Part shown: positions 59,349-64,000 of the stretch, piece by piece
Numbering within the stretch: the first letter of the stretch is position 1
How the letters are laid out: every line of letters begins with the position of its first letter
Made by a program: the position numbers and the translations under genes
Assembly: GCA_963666365.2 (NCBI GenBank)
Contig: CAXXNF010000002.1
Span: forward strand, 2,176,001-2,240,000
Source: Syntrophales bacterium
GTDB taxonomy: Bacteria; Desulfobacterota; Syntrophia; Syntrophales; UBA2210
Reading direction: 5' to 3'
Length of the DNA: 64,000 nt
The notes under the pieces: generated by a model
What the model was told of the DNA's origin: nothing
The model's input: only the letters and a program-made list of their open reading frames with translations
The model's database searches: none

Positions 59349-60758
59349 TCAAGACCGTTTGCAGGCGATACGATCCCTGGCACGTCTGCATTCGGCAAGT
59401 ATGCCGAGCATCTTGAACGGTTCCTCGATCAGCGGAAAGGTCGGGACACCTCTCGGTTCGAGAAAGGCCTTTGCCGCTTCCCGGTGCTTTTTCTCTCCGC
59501 TGAAGGTTGCCAGTAGCGGCTTGTCTCTGTATTTTCGTGATAAATCGACAAGGAAATCGAGAGAAGGAACCCCTGTCTCATCGGTCAGCAGGAGAATCGG
59601 CACGACCGCGTCGATATTTGGATCGCTCAACAGGATATCCATTCCCTCCCTGTACGCCTCCAACACCCCTGCAACCGATGCAGCTGGCCAGATATCCACA
59701 GGGTTTCTCATTCTGATAAAGGATGGACTGATTTCCTGCAGACGACGCCGGGTTGCTTCTTCCACCTCCGGCACATCCAAACCCAAATCACGACGGCACA
59801 CATCGGTCAGGCACACGAGCTGCGCCCCCGAGGGCGCCAGGAAGCCCACCCTGTTGCCTCTGGGCAGGGGCATGAACGCCAACACCTTGGCGGCAAGAAA
59901 AAGATGCGAATATTCATGAATTCTGACGACGCCGGCCTGTTTCAAGGCGGCGTCAATAATCCTGTCATTCGACGCCATGGCCGCCGTGTGGGCTACTGCC
60001 GCCTGTGCCCCTTCGGAAGTGCTTCCCCCTTTCAGAAGAATGATCGGCTTGGACTTTGTCACCTCGCCGGCAATCTCCATAAAACGCTTAGGGTTTTTGA
60101 AGCTTTCCAGATATACGAAGATCGCCTTGGTCTCGACGTCGGTCGCGTAATATTCCAGAATGTCATTTTCATCAATGTCCAGTTTGTTTCCGAGCCCCAC
60201 CACCCTGGCAACCCCGAAGTGTTCCTCGGTGGCTATGTGGCGCATGGTATGGGTGGCAAAATTTCCTGTCTGCGCGATGTAAGATATGGGCCCCTTGGGG
60301 ATTTCACCCAGAGGAAAGAAGCTGGAAGTGAACCTGTGGGGCATTGATGAGTGGCCGGAGGTATTGGGTCCGATGGCGCGGATGCCGGTTTCTCTGATTG
60401 TTCTCGCAAGCTCCTCCTGCAACGCATGTCCTTCCGCATCGACCTCGGAAAACCCACCGGCTGCAAGTACCACCGCCTTGATCCCCTTTTTTGCGCATTC
60501 ACGCACGGCACCAGGGTTCGCCTTTGCCGGAAGGATTATTATTGCCAGATCCACGTCTTCGGGCAAATCCCGAATTGAGCAGACGGCTCGCATTCCAAAT
60601 ATCTCTCCGCCCCTGGGATTGACGGGAAATATGGTTCCGGCGTACCCATTGGCCACCATATTTCTGATCACATCGTTTCCCGGCTTATGGGGCGTTGCAG
60701 AAGCCCCGATAACGGCAACGCTTCGAGGTTCAAAAAACCTCTCAAAAAGATCCCTCAA
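59349..60758 (-). CDS. ADP-forming acyl-CoA synthetase alpha-like subunit (CoA-binding)
   Basis: PRSVAVIGAS, IGPN, GNKLD, AHT phospho-His, NPVD. Confidence 0.88.
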   Translation of the reverse strand: MRDLFERFFEPRSVAVIGASATPHKPGNDVIRNMVANGYAGTIFPVNPRGGEIFGMRAVCSIRDLPEDVDLAIIILPAKANPGAVRECAKKGIKAVVLAAGGFSEVDAEGHALQEELARTIRETGIRAIGPNTSGHSSMPHRFTSSFFPLGEIPKGPISYIAQTGNFATHTMRHIATEEHFGVARVVGLGNKLDIDENDILEYYATDVETKAIFVYLESFKNPKRFMEIAGEVTKSKPIILLKGGSTSEGAQAAVAHTAAMASNDRIIDAALKQAGVVRIHEYSHLFLAAKVLAFMPLPRGNRVGFLAPSGAQLVCLTDVCRRDLGLDVPEVEEATRRRLQEISPSFIRMRNPVDIWPAASVAGVLEAYREGMDILLSDPNIDAVVPILLLTDETGVPSLDFLVDLSRKYRDKPLLATFSGEKKHREAAKAFLEPRGVPTFPLIEEPFKMLGILAECRRARDRIACKRS

Positions 60759-60877
60759 TAATCACCTCTCTTCATGTGTCAGCAAGGGGCGCCCCTCTGT
60801 AGTGTCCAATGAATGCCTACGCATGCCACACCGGCTTTACCGGAAGGCCCATCCCCGATGATTTCACTTTGTGGGCC

Positions 60878-62194
60878 TTACCTGCCCAATCCTCTTGTTG
60901 TCAGACAGGTCTTGGTATAGAGGTCCCGGAACATATCGTCCGGGTCTGTTACCCTCTTGACCTTTTTGTAGTTCTCCCTGTTCCATATCCTCCAGAACTC
61001 TTCCTCCGTGTAATAATTACCTGAAATCAGGGTCTTTATTCCCCCTATCTTCATGAGCTCTTCCTCGAGAAGGCGGTAGTAATTCTTGCCCTTTTTCTTT
61101 TTCATTCCATAGACGGCCAGGTCAATGAACAGTTCATCTCTGTTACTTTTGGTAAGTTCGTCAGAGATCCATTCGTAATCCCTCACCCGTTTGTAGGGAA
61201 CGCACCAGAGTGGATAATGATTGACCTCCCTGGTGTAAAAATCCAGGAACTCACCAACTTTCGAAAAGGGTATGAACACATCGACGGTAATTGGAATGAT
61301 TCTGGAAGGCAAGACTTTTTTGAATGCATCCGCCATCTTCAAGGAAAAGTTGGAGTCGAAGAATTTCCTGAGGATCAGCCTGCCGACGAATGATCTGGGC
61401 CATGTGTGCGTCACACCCTTGTCGTATCTGAAGAAGTAATCGATCGTCTTGAGATAATCCTCATCTCTTTTCTTTGTGCTGGTGTGAAAGACCCGGACCC
61501 AGTCATATCTGTGTGTGTAAGGGGCATCATCGACAAGGTTCGCAGCGCTCAGGACATAGAGGTTCGGCGAGTGGATAATTCCATCCATGAAATCGATGTC
61601 CTGCTCTTTGTAATGCTTCCATATCGCCTTTTTGTAATCCTCAAGGTTTTCGTAGCGTTCGAAGGTCACCTTCACAAACGGTTTTGCAGGGAGCAACCGG
61701 AATTTTAGCCTGGAGATTATTCCAAGGGTCCCGAACGTACCGTGAAGCATTTGAAACAGAACTTTGTGTTCGTTGTCGGGGGTACAACGCAGCACTTCGC
61801 CCTTTGCGGTTATTACCTCATACTCAAGGCATGTATCGTGGAAACCGCCATACATGAACGACATCGATTCTATAGAACACCCGGCGACTGCGCCACCAAT
61901 CGTTATTGTCTTCAGCTCCGGAACTATTATCGGGATAAGACCATGCTTCATAGTCTTCTGGACGAGGTCAACGAACGTTACTCCCGGCTCCGCAATGCAG
62001 GTCCGCCCCTTCACATCGATCGAAAGCACCTCATTAAAATCGCGTATGTCCACCTTTCGGTCCAGGCTTCTCTTATCTGAAGGCCGAGGGACCTCGTGGG
62101 AAACTGCCCTCTTTTTGAGAGACAGCGGCGCCTCCCCCCCGTATTCGTTCAAAAACCTGGATACCCTGCGAACCTTCTCTTCATGCGAGATCAT
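60878..62194 (-). CDS. FAD-binding PCMH oxidoreductase (delta24-sterol-reductase-like)
   Basis: VPELKTITIGGAVAGCSIESMSFMYGGFHDTCLEYEV, GTFGTLG, YPLWCVP. Confidence 0.85.
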   Translation of the reverse strand: MISHEEKVRRVSRFLNEYGGEAPLSLKKRAVSHEVPRPSDKRSLDRKVDIRDFNEVLSIDVKGRTCIAEPGVTFVDLVQKTMKHGLIPIIVPELKTITIGGAVAGCSIESMSFMYGGFHDTCLEYEVITAKGEVLRCTPDNEHKVLFQMLHGTFGTLGIISRLKFRLLPAKPFVKVTFERYENLEDYKKAIWKHYKEQDIDFMDGIIHSPNLYVLSAANLVDDAPYTHRYDWVRVFHTSTKKRDEDYLKTIDYFFRYDKGVTHTWPRSFVGRLILRKFFDSNFSLKMADAFKKVLPSRIIPITVDVFIPFSKVGEFLDFYTREVNHYPLWCVPYKRVRDYEWISDELTKSNRDELFIDLAVYGMKKKKGKNYYRLLEEELMKIGGIKTLISGNYYTEEEFWRIWNRENYKKVKRVTDPDDMFRDLYTKTCLTTRGLGR

Positions 62195-62285
62195 GGTACA
62201 CCCCTATGCCGAAGTCAGTGCGTCAATGGTGCGGTTTGAACAACAACACCAGAAACCTTCAACACCTAAAGGCATGCTTCATTCT

Positions 62286-62918
62286 TTACGCCGCAATCGA
62301 TTCTGTATATTTCACTATAATTGCAACACTTTTATCAAGCCCTATTGCGCTGGTGTCCAAGGAAATGTGGTATCGGCGTGCATCCGTCCATTCCCTGCCT
62401 GTAAATGTCCGATGATAACGGGCCCTGTCTTTGTCGCTTCGGACAATCATTTTCTCTGCTGCTCCTTCCGATACATGATACAGATCCTGAATTCGGCTTC
62501 TTCGGAACGTCATATCACCATGTAAGAATACGTTGATATGATTCGGGTGTTCACGAAGCACGTAAGGTCCGCACCGTCCTATAATAACCGCTGAAGATTC
62601 TTTCGCAATCCGCCGTATAATTTCTGCTTCAGTTTCAAACAACTCGCGGCTGGTCGGGATGTTCACTTCCGGCGGGATGTATACGTCGGTTGCCCCGAAT
62701 GCGAAAGACTGCCGGAACGATTTCCAGAATGAACACACTTTCTCTTCCCGTGATTCCAAAACTTCTTCCAATGCCGAGAGTTGTGTGGCGGCCTGGCGAA
62801 TGATTGCACGATCCGCATAAAAGAGATTCAACTTTTGTGCCAGTTGCTTTCCCACATACATCCCACCGGCCCCTAACTGGCGACTGACAGTAATCACAAA
62901 TGGAAAAGTCGTTTCCAT
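62286..62918 (-). CDS. cytidylate kinase-like protein
   Basis: ITVSRQLGAGG, VIIGRCG, SDKDRARY. Confidence 0.88.
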   Translation of the reverse strand: METTFPFVITVSRQLGAGGMYVGKQLAQKLNLFYADRAIIRQAATQLSALEEVLESREEKVCSFWKSFRQSFAFGATDVYIPPEVNIPTSRELFETEAEIIRRIAKESSAVIIGRCGPYVLREHPNHINVFLHGDMTFRRSRIQDLYHVSEGAAEKMIVRSDKDRARYHRTFTGREWTDARRYHISLDTSAIGLDKSVAIIVKYTESIAA

Positions 62919-62993
62919 CTCTTATCCCTCCTGGATTTCATTGATCCTTTTCAGCGGCAAATCTGTAGTACACAAAACCAATATCCCAACACC

Positions 62994-64000
62994 TTAGCCG
63001 GTCGACACTTTTCTGCCACATAAAAAGTGGTAAAGAGGAACCGTTGCGAGTGCCACAATGGCCATCATTAAGTAGAGGCCTCGGTATCCTGTGACCGGAA
63101 TCAAGGATCCAAGTAAATAAGGCCCGGTGGCAATCCCTAAATCTAAAAATACATAGTAGGTGGCTGTTGCCAGCCCGAATCTGTGCGGCTGGACTACTTT
63201 TATCGCAATGGTCTGAGCGCTGGACATGAAGTTTCCATAGCTCAAACCGATGATTGCGCCGGCTAATAGCAGGGTAGCGCCGTTGTATGCCTGACTGAAC
63301 AGAAACATGCCGGCGGCATAAATAAAAAGGCAGGGATATACGACAAAATTTGCACCTCTGAGGTCAAACAAGCGTCCGGCGAAAGGTCTCGAAATCAAGG
63401 TTGCGACGGCAGATACGACAAAGTACACGCTGGCCGCTTTTTCCAGTTGAATTTCTTGTGCATAGAGGGACATGAATGCCATCACAATGGAACAACTGAA
63501 CCCCACGACTAAGGCAACAATTGAAATCGGTATGGATTTAGGTTCGAGGAAACTGGCAATATAAATCCTTTTCACCTCCTGTGCCCCGGTCATTTCCGGG
63601 AATTTACTGCCCGGATCCTTCACAACCAGAGATATGGAAAAGGCAATAACGGCCAATATTAAATTAACAAGAAAAATCGTCTTGAATTCTACCTGCTGAA
63701 GCAGAATGATTCCCACGAAAGGTCCCAAAGCCGACGCCAGTATTATGCTCATCCCATAGTAGCCGATACCTTCCCCGCGTTTACTGCCGGGGATAATCTT
63801 GGCGACTATTGTTCCCGTGGCCGTGCTGGTTATTCCATGAGCGATCCCGTGAAAAAGCCTGATTATAATTAATAGCGGCAACGTAATCGCTGACGAATAA
63901 TATAATACCGCCGTGGCAATAAAAAATATGGCGCCGCCAATCAACACTTTCTTGTTGCCTACATCTTCAATGAGATGACCCGTCGCAAATCGACCGATTA
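62994..64000 (-). CDS. MFS transporter (5' end outside the window)
   Basis: Multiple TM helices, GRLFDLRG loop motif; frame open to the window edge. Confidence 0.88.
   Translation of the reverse strand, partial: IGRFATGHLIEDVGNKKVLIGGAIFFIATAVLYYSSAITLPLLIIIRLFHGIAHGITSTATGTIVAKIIPGSKRGEGIGYYGMSIILASALGPFVGIILLQQVEFKTIFLVNLILAVIAFSISLVVKDPGSKFPEMTGAQEVKRIYIASFLEPKSIPISIVALVVGFSCSIVMAFMSLYAQEIQLEKAASVYFVVSAVATLISRPFAGRLFDLRGANFVVYPCLFIYAAGMFLFSQAYNGATLLLAGAIIGLSYGNFMSSAQTIAIKVVQPHRFGLATATYYVFLDLGIATGPYLLGSLIPVTGYRGLYLMMAIVALATVPLYHFLCGRKVSTG

Noticed and set aside
56490..64000. Novel system in the recQ to MFS region
   Set aside because: Ordinary housekeeping and metabolic genes with no unusual repeats or architecture

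Overview
Bacterial DNA whose gene content and protein motifs suggest an anaerobic deltaproteobacterium (Desulfobacterota/Syntrophales-like; inference). About 1-54 kb is a mosaic genomic island ending at a 3' fragment of tRNA-Sec (att-like site, 53904-53972). In order it holds: an integron-like cassette (attI-like site, ApeA-like HEPN gene) whose attC is split by an IS91-type transposase plus tyrosine recombinase element; three small RHH genes; an intact IS66 with an 8-bp target duplication inside an IS1634-like remnant; a UDG-like/membrane/EVE gene trio; low-GC secreted-protein genes; and an SSB/SSAP/RecB-like/UvrD/DUF932 recombination operon. Next come a CRISPR array of about 58 repeats and a complete type III-A cas locus (cas6, NE0113-CARF, cas10, csm2-5, TIGR02710 CARF-HEPN, cas1, two cas2) that is interrupted by a TA pair and a secreted-protein gene, followed by a nuclease/phosphatase cluster. 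Three scattered secreted proteins share a coiled-coil stalk repeat and a dockerin-like C-terminus but have different heads. A GCAACGTTGC-type palindrome recurs in front of several cas transcription units and the TA pair. 54-56.3 kb is decayed island debris (integrase, HsdM, VapC and helicase fragments, MITEs). 56.4-64 kb is ordinary host chromosome (recQ, PSRP, acyl-CoA ligase, FAD oxidoreductase, CMP-kinase-like, MFS). All family assignments come from motif recognition by eye; no database searches were run.
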